From: a virus
Lineage: Duplodnaviria; Caudoviricetes
Reading direction: 5' to 3' (one strand)
IMG/VR virus record: IMGVR_UViG_3300032249_000138
Coordinates: 1 to 58,378 of that record
Length of the DNA stretch: 58,378 bases
Below, piece after piece: positions 1-10,081 of this stretch (positions are counted from its first letter, which is position 1; each line of letters begins with the position of its first letter). The translations under genes were made by a program, and so were the position numbers. Below the pieces are notes generated by a model that saw only the letters and a program-made list of their open reading frames with translations, was not told the DNA's origin and did not search any database.

Positions 1-123
1 TTACGAATCTGCTTATTACGAGATTCGATAGACTCTGCTGCTCCTGTAGAGAAGCCAGCAACTAATGCTCCGAAGTCAAATGCCATATTATTCTACCATC
101 CCTTTCTGTGGTCTAGACATCAA
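1..123. repeat. Terminal direct repeat, copy 1 (circular assembly overlap)
   Basis: Bases 1-123 are identical to 58256-58378. The repeat spans the junction of two adjacent minus-strand genes. Confidence 0.95.
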
Positions 124-603
124 CCCCATCGGTTCCGTCATAGGAGGTTCTTCTGGTAGTGCTGTTGTTTCTTCTTCTGGTTCAGCCATTGATTTCTCTA
201 GGTCTCTCATAGCCATTCTTACAGCACGAGGATTAGCCACAAAGCCTTCCATGATCTGATCCATAGACTCGGCATAACGAATACCATACATATCTGCTAC
301 AGCCATAATCATTTCTTCTACTGCTGGGGCAACAAGGATTCCTACATCAATAGTGTGTAGTCCTTCCATGACACTAGTCTTCTGGAGAATGTTAGCTACG
401 TTCTGTACTGGAACTTGTAGCTCTAGCATTTCAAGAATAGCATCATGGCTATCTGTGTCAGAGATTAATCTATTGGCATAGAACTCAAGAGCATCCTCAA
501 CTGTTACAAGCATAGGAGGATTTTCCCATGGACGATTGCCCGGCTCTGTCGTTAAAGACATTCCGGGGATTGGGGCATTTACAAAGCCAGCATCAGCAGC
601 CAT
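88..603 (-). CDS. Hypothetical virion-module protein
   Basis: 171-aa ORF with APIPGMSLT..PWENPP motif, in the late operon, stop/start coupled to its neighbours. Confidence 0.7.
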   Translation of the reverse strand: MAADAGFVNAPIPGMSLTTEPGNRPWENPPMLVTVEDALEFYANRLISDTDSHDAILEMLELQVPVQNVANILQKTSVMEGLHTIDVGILVAPAVEEMIMAVADMYGIRYAESMDQIMEGFVANPRAVRMAMRDLEKSMAEPEEETTALPEEPPMTEPMGLMSRPQKGMVE

Positions 604-833
604 TATTTAGATCCCTTCTTCTTCATATTATTCTGTTGGAACTCTAATCTCTTTTGACGAAGGGCATATACAAATTCACCAATGGTAGCTATGGCATCCT
701 TCTGTTCTGGAGTACCTCTAGCCATAGAATTCTTAGGAGATAACAGTCCCTTAGAATCATTACCCTTGGAAGCAGCACCATCCTTCTGCTTGATGTATGC
801 TTCAATCTTTTTCTTGTATGTCTTAACGCTCAT
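603..833 (-). CDS. Hypothetical protein
   Basis: 76-aa ORF with a GAGGA RBS, overlapping the next start by 1 nt. Confidence 0.65.
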   Translation of the reverse strand: MSVKTYKKKIEAYIKQKDGAASKGNDSKGLLSPKNSMARGTPEQKDAIATIGEFVYALRQKRLEFQQNNMKKKGSK

Positions 834-843
834 TGTTTATTCC

Positions 844-2808
844 TCAATCGAAATCACGGCTAGGACTAGACTCAAAGAAGCTACCTACCCACTTAGCACC
901 TTCATCCCATACTTTACCTCCAATTGAGGTAAGTTTACTCAGGGCATCTGCAGGTAAGCTAGTTCCAGATATAATACTTGCAGCAGACTTACCAATAGCC
1001 ATTGTAATCTCAGCATCTTTAGCCATAGTAGCAGCTAAGATAGTAGCGTTAGCAGCAATCTCTTGTTTAGCAATTGCATTGACACGCTCTTTGGCACTCT
1101 CAGAAGACTTCCATGAATACTCAATCTCATCACGGGTCTGCTGCCACATATTGTTGTATTCTACCATGGTAACTTCCATAGCCTTGGTAGCATTAAACTC
1201 ATTAGCCCTGTTGATAGCTGCAGTGTTAGCAGTAGAAATCTCTCTACGCCACTGGGCATTTGACTGGTCAATCACAAGTCTATTCTGAGCATTGAACTGA
1301 TCACGCTGGTTCTGTACTTCGGAATTAAATTTAGCTACAGTATTTGCTTGGTCAGTATTAAACTGTGACATAGCATTGGTTTGTGTAGTATTAAACTGTC
1401 CTACCTGTGTAGTAAGATTAGCAAAGAACTGGTCCGTCTGATTCTGACTGGAGGCATTGAACTGCCTAGAGGCATTAACAGCAGCTGTATCTGTTAGGAT
1501 AGACTGTACATTTGACTGGGCTTTAAACATCTCAGTCTGCTGTTCATTAGCTAAGTTAGCCATATCCATCTGTAAGAAAGACTGAGCATTAACTACAGCA
1601 GCTTGCTGACGGTTGTTAAGGTTAGCAGATTCTAAGTTAGCTATCTGTGCAGCATTAGCCATGACTAACGCTTGACTATTAGATAAGTTAGCTAGATCCA
1701 TAGTCTGTGTAAGACGGGCATTCTCTAAAGCAATCTGTTGCTGTGCACTAAAGTTTACGTTAGCTATATCCGATACCTTAGCTGCATTCATAACCCGTGT
1801 CTGGAAAGACTGATCAAACTCTTGACCTAAGAATTGGGCACGTTGCTGAGCATTAAGAATAGCAACCTGCTGTCTATTAGATAAGTTCTGTAATCCCATC
1901 TGTTGGAATACAGCAGCATCCTGAGCAGCGATGGGTGTAGCAGCTTCAAGTGTAGCTTGGATAATAGCTTGACCTGCTAAGCTAGAAGCACCTAAACCCC
2001 TTGCAGCCATCTGTGCAGTAGCATTACGCAATGAAGCAGCTGCCCATGTTGGGGGATTACCTGCTTCAAAGTTAACCAGTAACTTACTTAGCTGACCTTG
2101 AACTGTCATGTCTTCTGTTACAACACCTTGAGCAGCTTCATTCTTAGCGAGGTTAGTTTCTACAGTAGCCATGTCTACAGCAGGACCTGCTACTGTTTCA
2201 CCAGCCTGTAGTGTACGAGTAGGTGCACCAGTTACTTGTGTAGCAGTTCCCTGTGCAGCTTGTAAGTTACTGACAGCTGTAGTGGTAGGAGTCATCTGTG
2301 CTGCTTGTACCTGTGCTTGAGGTGCTACTGTGCCTTGTGCTGGAGCTACATTTTGAAGTGCAGCACTTACATCTGGGGCAGCCGTAGCTGTAGTCATTGT
2401 AGCTGCAGGAGTAACAGTAGGAGCAGCAGTCGTAGCAGCTGTAACTGGAGCAGCCGCTGTGACAGTAGTTGCCTGTGTAGGGGCAAGTGTGGTGGCAAGT
2501 GTTTCATCTGCACCTACAGTTTGAATTGCTGGGGCTACCTGTGCAGCATTAGGCTGAATAGGTAAACCTGTAGTAGCATCAACTGTGGTAGTACCTGCAG
2601 CTTGTGATGTAGGTGTAACATCTCCACCAACAGCATACTTATTAACCATACCACCCCTAGCCATAAACTTCTCTGTAATCAAACCATACCTCTGAGCATC
2701 AGCAGGAGTGGACTTAAGGTACTTATCAAACATATTCATAGGTCCTTCATAGCCCATCTTACGAGCTACTATTTCCCGTTGCTTTTCTGTGAATGTTTTA
2801 TCTGCCAT
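844..2808 (-). CDS. Putative internal virion (ejection) protein, Q/N/A-rich coiled coil
   Basis: 654 aa with a T/A/P-rich N-half and Q/N/A heptad-like repeats. Two xxxGG motifs near the N-terminus. Located with other probable internal virion genes. Confidence 0.65.
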   Translation of the reverse strand: MADKTFTEKQREIVARKMGYEGPMNMFDKYLKSTPADAQRYGLITEKFMARGGMVNKYAVGGDVTPTSQAAGTTTVDATTGLPIQPNAAQVAPAIQTVGADETLATTLAPTQATTVTAAAPVTAATTAAPTVTPAATMTTATAAPDVSAALQNVAPAQGTVAPQAQVQAAQMTPTTTAVSNLQAAQGTATQVTGAPTRTLQAGETVAGPAVDMATVETNLAKNEAAQGVVTEDMTVQGQLSKLLVNFEAGNPPTWAAASLRNATAQMAARGLGASSLAGQAIIQATLEAATPIAAQDAAVFQQMGLQNLSNRQQVAILNAQQRAQFLGQEFDQSFQTRVMNAAKVSDIANVNFSAQQQIALENARLTQTMDLANLSNSQALVMANAAQIANLESANLNNRQQAAVVNAQSFLQMDMANLANEQQTEMFKAQSNVQSILTDTAAVNASRQFNASSQNQTDQFFANLTTQVGQFNTTQTNAMSQFNTDQANTVAKFNSEVQNQRDQFNAQNRLVIDQSNAQWRREISTANTAAINRANEFNATKAMEVTMVEYNNMWQQTRDEIEYSWKSSESAKERVNAIAKQEIAANATILAATMAKDAEITMAIGKSAASIISGTSLPADALSKLTSIGGKVWDEGAKWVGSFFESSPSRDFD

Positions 2809-2821
2809 GTTATCTGAAACC

Positions 2822-3256
2822 TTAAGAGAATATTCTAGTACCAGCTTTGTCTATAATTAGTGCTTGTTTACGTGGTGGTCTTGCAGCAGTGTCAGGAACG
2901 CTTATATGGGTCCATGAGCCGAATTCTTCTATGATCTGATCATACCCTATGTCCGATGCAATGACAGCCTCTACGACCTGTTTAGGGGTCATGCCGGGGA
3001 CACGGATGTCAGCAGCACACCCGATACGATGTTGGCTGGTGTCTTTCGATCCAACCGAATCATTCACAGCCTTAGACCTGAAGCCTGAGTTTAACAGAAT
3101 AGGTTTGTTAAGTAAAGATCTAACCTCTTCCAGTAGTACAGCTAAACGAACTAGATTAGAAACCTCTAAAGCATTAGGGGTATTATCTAAGTTCTTACGC
3201 TCCGCTACTTCCGAGTGAGTTAGTTCTTCAAGGGTAAAGTGTTCACTTAAATTCAC
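2822..3256 (-). CDS. Endolysin, peptidase M15 family (D-Ala-D-Ala carboxypeptidase-like)
   Basis: LSEHFTLEEL N-terminus, SGFRS..N..VGS..TSQH..G.AADI and WTHIS zinc-ligand motifs. Adjacent to a holin-like gene. Confidence 0.9.
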   Translation of the reverse strand: MNLSEHFTLEELTHSEVAERKNLDNTPNALEVSNLVRLAVLLEEVRSLLNKPILLNSGFRSKAVNDSVGSKDTSQHRIGCAADIRVPGMTPKQVVEAVIASDIGYDQIIEEFGSWTHISVPDTAARPPRKQALIIDKAGTRIFS

Positions 3257-3654
3257 TTAGCTTTGCTCCTAATTTCTGTTACCTTCTCTAATGTACGTGA
3301 TCCGAAATATGCACCAAAGACGAGCATGCCCCAGTTCCCTAGCAAAGTTACGTAACTTTCGTTAGCATTCAATCCAAAGGCTGACATCATAGCAAAGACA
3401 AAGTAGCCGCCAAGGATTGCTATCAGAGCCATTGGTCTTATGTTCTTAGATAGCCACGAATCGGAAGACATATCCGCTTTCCATCTGTCGGATACATTGT
3501 TCTGCTCATTCATGTCAGCTTGAAGGTCAGCAAGTTTACCCTCTTGAGCCAACTTAGCTAGGTCTAATTGTGCTTGTGCTTTAGCAGCGGGGTCAGGAAT
3601 TAGTTTATCAACTAACTTCATTCCTACGCTAATGATGTCATCTATGCCAAACAT
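3253..3654 (-). CDS. Putative holin (3TM holin / GTA-holin-like)
   Basis: LVDKLIPDP, RWKADMSSDSWLSKNIRP and YFGSRTLEK motifs, with hydrophobic helices. Next to the endolysin. Confidence 0.75.
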   Translation of the reverse strand: MFGIDDIISVGMKLVDKLIPDPAAKAQAQLDLAKLAQEGKLADLQADMNEQNNVSDRWKADMSSDSWLSKNIRPMALIAILGGYFVFAMMSAFGLNANESYVTLLGNWGMLVFGAYFGSRTLEKVTEIRSKAK

Positions 3655-3655
3655 A

Positions 3656-4102
3656 TTATCTCCACATTCCCCAAGTACATTCGTATGCTATCCAACTAGC
3701 AAATATGTAACAGAGCAACATAACACTTTTCATTACTCGTCTGTCGTGTTGTTCTAAATACCTATCTTGCCGTTCTTCCCATTGCTTTCTTGCTTTAATA
3801 CCTTGTATTTCATCCCAAGCGTGACTGCCGTACTTCTTAGTAATCTGCTCTTGAATCTTAGCTTCTGACTGCCGTGCTATTAAAAGTCTTTGCCACTCGT
3901 CCACTGCTTCAATAATGGTTGCATTGTCCGGGTTAACTTGCCTAGCTTTTTTCCTAGACTCAGTTCTTTCTTTTGCTGCTGAGTCTGCTAACTCTAAGAC
4001 ACCGTCAATTGCTTTAGATAATTCTTTGCTTGCTTTTACTGATTCATTAATTGAACTAGTAACGGCTTTAACGCCCTCGGTTATTCCAAATGGATCGGGC
4101 AT
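3656..4102 (-). CDS. Hypothetical protein with C-terminal TM helix
   Basis: 148-aa ORF in the lysis cluster. Confidence 0.65.
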   Translation of the reverse strand: MPDPFGITEGVKAVTSSINESVKASKELSKAIDGVLELADSAAKERTESRKKARQVNPDNATIIEAVDEWQRLLIARQSEAKIQEQITKKYGSHAWDEIQGIKARKQWEERQDRYLEQHDRRVMKSVMLLCYIFASWIAYECTWGMWR

Positions 4103-4108
4103 AGGAAA

Positions 4109-4315
4109 TCATTTTCTAAAAACCATTTCAGTCATGTAGCTGATAAAAGCACCAGCAACAGAAGCAACACCCATCAATGCCCACAGAGAACCTTTACTAC
4201 GCTCTGCCATAGCAACTAACTTCTTGATGTCTACTTCCATAGCATCCACCTTACGCTCTAAGTTCTCTACAGAATTAACTAACTTGCCGTACTCTACTGG
4301 GTCTATGTCTGTCAT
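4109..4315 (-). CDS. Small coiled-coil plus C-terminal TM protein (lysis-associated)
   Basis: 68 aa, coiled coil followed by a hydrophobic helix. Precedes the holin and endolysin. Confidence 0.65.
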   Translation of the reverse strand: MTDIDPVEYGKLVNSVENLERKVDAMEVDIKKLVAMAERSKGSLWALMGVASVAGAFISYMTEMVFRK

Positions 4316-4572
4316 GCTGGCATCCTTGCGGCTTGTTCCGCTTTAAATGTTTCGTATGCGGCTTTAACTGCATCAGTCCATGCAACATTGCAAATGTCTT
4401 TTACTTTTTGTTCTTGACCGCTAATGTCGGAATCAGGATTTAATACCCAACGATGGAATGTTCTTGATACAAATTCACCATCTCGTTCAATGATGGTAGC
4501 TTGGCGAACTTGAATAAATCCATGTTCTATTACTTCAATGCGGTCAATGCTTGTATTTTCTGTAAGTGCCAT
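4312..4572 (-). CDS. Small fibre-partner protein (chaperone-like)
   Basis: 86 aa with IQVRQATIIERDG..SRTFHR motif, directly downstream of a fibre-like gene. Confidence 0.65.
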   Translation of the reverse strand: MALTENTSIDRIEVIEHGFIQVRQATIIERDGEFVSRTFHRWVLNPDSDISGQEQKVKDICNVAWTDAVKAAYETFKAEQAARMPA

Positions 4573-4581
4573 TTGTATTCC

Positions 4582-5079
4582 TTAAGCCGTAATATAAGTA
4601 ACTGTTAACCAAACATATTTTCCCGTACCAGCAGAAATAGTTTCTTGATTCCATCCTGCACTATTATGAACATGATAAAGGTTTAACTCACTACCCAATA
4701 TATACCAAACATTATAGTTTCCTGTAGCTGGTAAGCTATATAACATAGGTGGACAACCGACTTGTGGAACTCCTCCGTCAGCAGCAAAAGGTAATCCCGT
4801 TACATATAAAGCACCTGAAGCTCCTGTAGTATTTACATTACTAAAACCAGCCGAACAAGTTATGTGTTTCCCAATTTTTACGTATTTTCCAGATACAGTA
4901 ACAGGAGTTGTTGGAGCAGTAGTACCACCAGTTAATGTTGCTGTCCAAGTACCTTCCTCGTAATCATCTAATGTATTAGCATCAGCACTAGGTACGGCAG
5001 TAGCAGGGAAGGTAACACCGTTAAGCGAAAAGGTTTGCGCTGGGGCAATCATGCCCGATGGTACTTGTGTTAACGCCAT
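4582..5079 (-). CDS. Tail fibre / receptor-binding module
   Basis: DANTLDDYEEGTWT and YVKIG...GLPF motifs typical of phage fibre C-terminal domains. Confidence 0.7.
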   Translation of the reverse strand: MALTQVPSGMIAPAQTFSLNGVTFPATAVPSADANTLDDYEEGTWTATLTGGTTAPTTPVTVSGKYVKIGKHITCSAGFSNVNTTGASGALYVTGLPFAADGGVPQVGCPPMLYSLPATGNYNVWYILGSELNLYHVHNSAGWNQETISAGTGKYVWLTVTYITA

Positions 5080-5264
5080 TATGCTGCTCCTTCTGTATTC
5101 TCGCCTGTCGGCTGCGATTCTGCTGGTAATGGGGTGTTGCCTTTAGCCAGCCACTCAAGGTAGGCTTGGTAGTCTGTGTTGGCTAGGTCGAATGGAATAG
5201 ATGCGTTATCAGATAAACGAATAACATTTGTATCACCAAAACAATTTCTATATAGTTTATACAT
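5079..5264 (-). CDS. Small fibre-partner protein (chaperone-like)
   Basis: Start reassigned to ATG 5264 (MYKLY). [26 protein letters not shown] motif. Paralog of 8223-8387. Confidence 0.7.
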   Translation of the reverse strand: MYKLYRNCFGDTNVIRLSDNASIPFDLANTDYQAYLEWLAKGNTPLPAESQPTGENTEGAA

Positions 5265-5265
5265 T

Positions 5266-6345
5266 TTATAACTCCGCAGATTCGTAGATGCGAGCATTTG
5301 CGTTTGTAGTAAATACTGCTCCAGCTTGTCCAGCAGTTAATCCGCTTGCAACAGTAAATTCTATACTCATAGAAAAAGGTGATGTCCTGTTTTGCACAGC
5401 AGCTGTTGGTGTTAAAGTTCCTGCACTACCACTAAAAACTTGCCAATCACTTATTGTTGAAGTTGTAAGTGTTGGAGATGCTCGCATTTGAACAGGTCGC
5501 AAACAAGCTACAACAGTTGCGGTTGTAGAAAATGACCATGCGACACCTAAAATTTGAGAAGTTGTTTGACCCCAAACTTGTAGATAGCGTTGGCAAAGAA
5601 GCAGTTCTGTTGTGTATTGTCTGTATTCAAATGAAGTAGCTTGTGTGCCTACCTCTAGCTGAACTCCAGTAATATAGAAGGTAGCACCGTTTGTACCGAC
5701 TACAGATGTTGCACCTGTTGCTGAACGATAATTAGCTCCAGCCCATGCACCCGCAGTTCCACTTAATGTAGAACCAACACCTAATCCAAAACCAAGAGCA
5801 ATGCCAACTGTGTTAGTTGAACTCCATGTTCCGCTAGTATCACCAGCGATAGTTACTGTTTTGTATTCCCAAGTGTTTGCGGCATTGATGGTGTAAGTAA
5901 ATGGGTAAGACCTATCAGCAGAGGAGTTACGCAAAGACCCACCAAAAGTACCAGTTAATGAAGAATAAACCCAAAATGACAAGGTTACAGTTTTAGCGTT
6001 TGCAGTTCCCCAATTAAGGTCTGCCACGTTAAAACCTTCTATTCCTTGTTGAATAGTGAAGAAATCAGTAGAAGTAATTGAGTATGCAGAACTTGAAGTA
6101 TAGCCAAGGTATTTGCTAAATCCTACTGGTGGAGTAACAGAGCCAGCACTTTGTTGTGCAGTTAATTTAGATGATTGAGATGCAGCAGTTTTAAATCTAT
6201 CAAGAGCATAAGTATCATCGTTAGCAGTAATAGATGCACCAGCATTTCTTTGGTCAATAACCATCGCACCGTTTATGATTCTGTTCTTTAATGCCTGAGA
6301 TACCCCTGTTGAGGCTTGTTGGGCTAAAGCTACGGCTTGTGTCAT
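5266..6345 (-). CDS. Tail fibre module with carbohydrate-binding-like domain
   Basis: [14 protein letters not shown]...ITGVQLEVG...ELLLCQRY. Paralog of the C-terminal part of 8388-9719. Confidence 0.75.
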   Translation of the reverse strand: MTQAVALAQQASTGVSQALKNRIINGAMVIDQRNAGASITANDDTYALDRFKTAASQSSKLTAQQSAGSVTPPVGFSKYLGYTSSSAYSITSTDFFTIQQGIEGFNVADLNWGTANAKTVTLSFWVYSSLTGTFGGSLRNSSADRSYPFTYTINAANTWEYKTVTIAGDTSGTWSSTNTVGIALGFGLGVGSTLSGTAGAWAGANYRSATGATSVVGTNGATFYITGVQLEVGTQATSFEYRQYTTELLLCQRYLQVWGQTTSQILGVAWSFSTTATVVACLRPVQMRASPTLTTSTISDWQVFSGSAGTLTPTAAVQNRTSPFSMSIEFTVASGLTAGQAGAVFTTNANARIYESAEL

Positions 6346-6521
6346 TCTGTTGCTCCTTGTAGTACAGCTATCTGCTCTTGCAGTTTAGCAATCTGTTCTT
6401 CTTTGGTTGGCTGTGCGGCTAACCATTCTTGATACTGAGCTTGTGCTTGTGCAACTTCTTCAGCAGTTAGTTCAATAACTTTACGCTCGCCAGTCATCAC
6501 ATCAATTTCTATTCTGTCCAT
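6342..6521 (-). CDS. Small fibre-partner protein (not in ORF track, 59 aa)
   Basis: MDRIEIDVMTGERKVIELTAEEVAQ.... Fills the gap between fibre genes, and its stop overlaps the next ATG. Confidence 0.7.
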   Translation of the reverse strand: MDRIEIDVMTGERKVIELTAEEVAQAQAQYQEWLAAQPTKEEQIAKLQEQIAVLQGATE

Positions 6522-6524
6522 GAT

Positions 6525-7586
6525 TTACTCGTAAAGAATGTTAATTGAACCAGCATCAAAGGTTGGCGTTCCTGTTGTTGTGGTAATTCTAATTTGTGTA
6601 AGAACACCGCTTAAAGTTACTGTGCCGCCCAAATATCTTATGTAAGCTGGGGATGGAACGCCAACTATTCCACTTACAACCCAAACATTTGATGACGAAT
6701 TTAACAAAGAAAAAGTAATTGACCCAGAATAAGCAGAGCCTGCGGAATCGTTATATATTTCAAACCCTGTAGACATATCAGTAGATGCTGGAGTACCGCC
6801 AACATATCCCTGTACCCCTACATACCCCGAAGACACAAAACCGCCCGAAGTTCCAAGTCGCATAGTTATTGGAACGGTGCTATTTGTACTAACCCCCGCA
6901 AACATCACTGTAATGCGTTTTACCCAACTAGGTATGCTAGTAAAGTCAATGCTAGTTCCGCTTGTAGAAGCTACTGCAGTTCCGCTAGTTAAGGGTTGAC
7001 TTAATTTGGCAGGAGTAACATTGGCATCTGCAATCTTTGCAGTAGTTACAGCACCATCATTAATATACGAAGTTGTTACAGCATTTGCTACAGCTGGGAT
7101 TGCATTAAGCACTGAGCTTACAAAGAACGATACGGTCTCTACTAAGTCACCCGAAGATGCTGGGTTGGTCAATACGACTGTAGTTCCACTGGTTGCAGTA
7201 AAGTCTGCAGAGCCTAACAATACACCGTTACGATACACATCGATATACCCTACTGTGTAGGATGGTACGGAGAAAGTAGTCTGTCCTGCTGTAGCTGTGA
7301 ACTCAGTCTGGGTACGGTAGGCAGTAGTTGTTACACCTGAAGCAGGTATGCCCAAGTAACGTACCGATATATTACCTGTAGCACTTGGAGGTGCTGCACT
7401 GAATGTGAGGGTTAAACCTGAGACAGAATAAGTGGTAGGGTCCTGTAAGACACCTGAAACTGCCACAAGGATAGATGCAGTATTGGCAGGTGCAGCACTT
7501 AATGTGAAGGCTGTCTGTGATCCAGTGCCACTGAATTGATCTGTGAGAAAGGCTACGGATGTAGGTTGATTACCAATATAGCTCAT
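6525..7586 (-). CDS. Tail fibre module
   Basis: N-terminal MSYIGNQP..FSGTGSQTAFTL domain shared with 8388-9719. T/S/G-rich beta repeats and a VTTAKIAD motif. Confidence 0.75.
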   Translation of the reverse strand: MSYIGNQPTSVAFLTDQFSGTGSQTAFTLSAAPANTASILVAVSGVLQDPTTYSVSGLTLTFSAAPPSATGNISVRYLGIPASGVTTTAYRTQTEFTATAGQTTFSVPSYTVGYIDVYRNGVLLGSADFTATSGTTVVLTNPASSGDLVETVSFFVSSVLNAIPAVANAVTTSYINDGAVTTAKIADANVTPAKLSQPLTSGTAVASTSGTSIDFTSIPSWVKRITVMFAGVSTNSTVPITMRLGTSGGFVSSGYVGVQGYVGGTPASTDMSTGFEIYNDSAGSAYSGSITFSLLNSSSNVWVVSGIVGVPSPAYIRYLGGTVTLSGVLTQIRITTTTGTPTFDAGSINILYE

Positions 7587-7747
7587 GCTAATTCCTCATC
7601 TGTTGGGCGAGGTAATGTTGGGTGTTCCCATTTAGCAATGTAATCGCCTTTGCCGTCTGAATCGTTTTGAAGTTTAATACTTCCAAATAAAAAATCTTCT
7701 ATTGTTAGGCTGGGATATAAAGCCATAATCTTTTCAGTTAGTGTCAT
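7583..7747 (-). CDS. XkdW-like small fibre-partner protein
   Basis: Start reassigned to ATG 7747. LQNDSDGKGDYIAKWEHPTLPRPT motif resembles XkdW-like phage proteins. Confidence 0.65.
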   Translation of the reverse strand: MTLTEKIMALYPSLTIEDFLFGSIKLQNDSDGKGDYIAKWEHPTLPRPTDEELA

Positions 7748-8223
7748 TACGCACTCCTTACCAAACAACCATTGAAATAACAATTTTCCGCTCCGGTACC
7801 TAGTGTTACGCTAGAACCATTTACAAAATAAAATTCAACATAATCAGTAGACCCATTTAAATATACGAGCGTAGATACACATGATGAGTTCACTGCACCG
7901 CTACCATTTGTTCCACTTTTGTAGACGCTACCATTTTTAAAAATAGCAGAATTTGCGTAGTTTGAGGCTGGAGTATTAGAGCCAGCATTAACTTGGTAGT
8001 AACCAGCTACAGTTGGTGTAAATGTAGATGATGCAAAATTATTGTTGGTATCAAACTCTTCCACATTTTGGGTAACTTTTGTAAAAACACCACCAGAAAT
8101 TGATGTTGCTGTGCTTGCGTAAGCACTAAACGCTGGACCAAGGACAGTTGTTCCTGTACCACCATTAGCTACGGGCAAAGTGCCGCTAACAGCACTTGCT
8201 GCTGGGATTGTACTAACAGCCAT
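7747..8223 (-). CDS. Fibre module with C1q-like beta-sandwich
   Basis: Start reassigned to ATG 8223 (MAVSTIP). GTLPVANGGTG shaft motif, then PAFSAY...FDTNNNF..FTPTVAGYYQV. Confidence 0.7.
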   Translation of the reverse strand: MAVSTIPAASAVSGTLPVANGGTGTTVLGPAFSAYASTATSISGGVFTKVTQNVEEFDTNNNFASSTFTPTVAGYYQVNAGSNTPASNYANSAIFKNGSVYKSGTNGSGAVNSSCVSTLVYLNGSTDYVEFYFVNGSSVTLGTGAENCYFNGCLVRSA

Positions 8224-8387
8224 TATGTATTCTCCGCTGGTAATGGGGTGTTGCCTTCTGCTACCCATTTTAGGTAGGCTTGGTAGTCTGTGTTGGCTGG
8301 GTCAAATGGGATATAAGCACTGTCCGCAATACGCAAAACCGTTTTTGAATCTTGACCAAATTCGTTTTTAGGTAATAATTTATACAT
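8223..8387 (-). CDS. Small fibre-partner protein (not in ORF track, 54 aa)
   Basis: MYKLLPKNEF...[26 protein letters not shown]. Paralog of 5079-5264. Confidence 0.75.
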   Translation of the reverse strand: MYKLLPKNEFGQDSKTVLRIADSAYIPFDPANTDYQAYLKWVAEGNTPLPAENT

Positions 8388-9719
8388 TTATAACTCCGCA
8401 GAAAAAGTTACACCAACAGAAGCACTGTCTGTATAAAATCCAGCATCTCCTGCGGCAGTAGCCGCACCAAAAATATAAGCAGCTTCGGTTGTTATACCAC
8501 TAAATGCAGGTTGCCCTGTTATATTAAAAGTTATCCATGTTCCAACAATCGTTGCAGTTGGGGCGGTTCTCATAGATACTTTAAATAATATTAAAAGTGG
8601 CGCTCCACTACCTGCGCTTGGTGCGTAAATTCGACCCAAATAAAGAGTTGCACTATTTTGTCCAAAATTTCTCTGAAAATACCGCTGACACAAAGCTAAC
8701 TCTGTACCATACTGTCTGTATTCAAATGAAGTAGCACTACTTCCTACTTCTAGCTGAACTCCAGTAATATAGAAGCTAGCACCGTTTGTACCGACTACGG
8801 ATACTGCGCCTGTGGCAGAAGTATAGTTTGCAGAAGCCCATGCACCAGCAGTTCCGCTAAATGTAGAACCAGCACCTAAATTAATCCAAAGCCTTGCACC
8901 AATGCCGTTAGTAGCACCTACCCAAGTTCCGCTTGTATCGCCAGCAATAGTAATTGACTTTTGTTCCCAAGTGTTTGCAACAGATATTGTGTAGGTAAAT
9001 GGGTATGTTCTGTCTCCTGCTGAATTACCTAAAACACCGCCAAAAGTTCCTGTGAGGCTAGAACGAACCCAAAACGATAATGTTACAGTTTTAGCGTTAG
9101 CAGTTCCAAACCCTAAATCTGCCCAATTAAAACCTTCAATAAATTGATTAATGTTGAAATAATCAGTAGAAAGTACTGAATATGCAGATAAAGAAGTTAC
9201 ACCTAAATAATTAGTAAACCCTGCTGGCGGGGTTACTGAACCAGCATTTTGTTGAACACTAAATTTTGATGCTTGAATTAAACCAGCTACCCATCTATCT
9301 AAAGTGTAAGTAAAGTTTGCAGTAGGTGTAACACTAGCACCAGCGTTTCTTTGGTCAATAACCATTGCACCGTTTATGATGCGATTACGACCCACAGCAA
9401 CAGATTGCAAGTTACTGTCTAATTGATTACGAGTAATACTATTAGCAGGAACAGTAAAGCTCTGCATCGTAGTTGAAAGATAACGTACATAAATGTTGCT
9501 AGTGCCTGAACTAGGTGCAGAAGTAAACGTAATAGTTGTACCACTGAGGGTATAAGCAGAGTTAGGTTGTTGCACTACATTGTTGACTACTGCCTCAATG
9601 TCGTTAACTGAATTGACAGTACGAGTTAAAGTAAAAGCAGTCTGTGATCCTGTACCATTAAAGTAATCAGTACCAGAGATAAAGCTCTGACTTGTTGGTG
9701 TGTTTCCTAGGTATGGCAT
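8388..9719 (-). CDS. Tail fibre protein
   Basis: N-terminal MPYLGNTP..FNGTGSQTAFTL domain plus [14 protein letters not shown] domain. Confidence 0.75.
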   Translation of the reverse strand: MPYLGNTPTSQSFISGTDYFNGTGSQTAFTLTRTVNSVNDIEAVVNNVVQQPNSAYTLSGTTITFTSAPSSGTSNIYVRYLSTTMQSFTVPANSITRNQLDSNLQSVAVGRNRIINGAMVIDQRNAGASVTPTANFTYTLDRWVAGLIQASKFSVQQNAGSVTPPAGFTNYLGVTSLSAYSVLSTDYFNINQFIEGFNWADLGFGTANAKTVTLSFWVRSSLTGTFGGVLGNSAGDRTYPFTYTISVANTWEQKSITIAGDTSGTWVGATNGIGARLWINLGAGSTFSGTAGAWASANYTSATGAVSVVGTNGASFYITGVQLEVGSSATSFEYRQYGTELALCQRYFQRNFGQNSATLYLGRIYAPSAGSGAPLLILFKVSMRTAPTATIVGTWITFNITGQPAFSGITTEAAYIFGAATAAGDAGFYTDSASVGVTFSAEL

Positions 9720-9728
9720 TTAAACCTC

Positions 9729-10055
9729 TTAGGTAATGTTCAGAACAGAAGTAACAACGTCTACAGAACTAGCAGTAGAGCTAAGTACTTTAAGTGCATC
9801 ACTAGCAATGAGAACAACTTTCTGATCTCCACCAACAATGACTAGTGAGCCACCCACAGGTACTGTTGCACCCTCAACTAAATAGTAGTTAACTGCAGAG
9901 CGAGTAATGTAAGCATCTACAGTAACAGGGCTAGTAGTAGTATTAGCACATGACATGCCAATCACAGTAGTCTGTGTAGATGCACCCACAGTTACAACTG
10001 TAGCAGCAGAAGTGCCAACATCTTTATTCATGTATGATGTAAATGTATTTGCCAT
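9729..10055 (-). CDS. Small beta-sandwich virion protein
   Basis: 108 aa, T/V-rich. Similar pattern to 24877-25212. Confidence 0.65.
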   Translation of the reverse strand: MANTFTSYMNKDVGTSAATVVTVGASTQTTVIGMSCANTTTSPVTVDAYITRSAVNYYLVEGATVPVGGSLVIVGGDQKVVLIASDALKVLSSTASSVDVVTSVLNIT

Positions 10056-10081
10056 TTGTGTTCCTTGTTATAAATTAGTAC

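Noticed and set aside
1-123. 123-bp terminal repeat as a biological direct terminal repeat
   Set aside because: It falls inside a contiguous late operon and splits coding genes, which is typical of assembler circular overlap. The real ends more likely lie in 30129-31478.
5266-9719. Diversity-generating retroelement template/variable repeat pair
   Set aside because: No reverse transcriptase was recognised. Both copies are coding paralogs and the differences are not confined to adenines.
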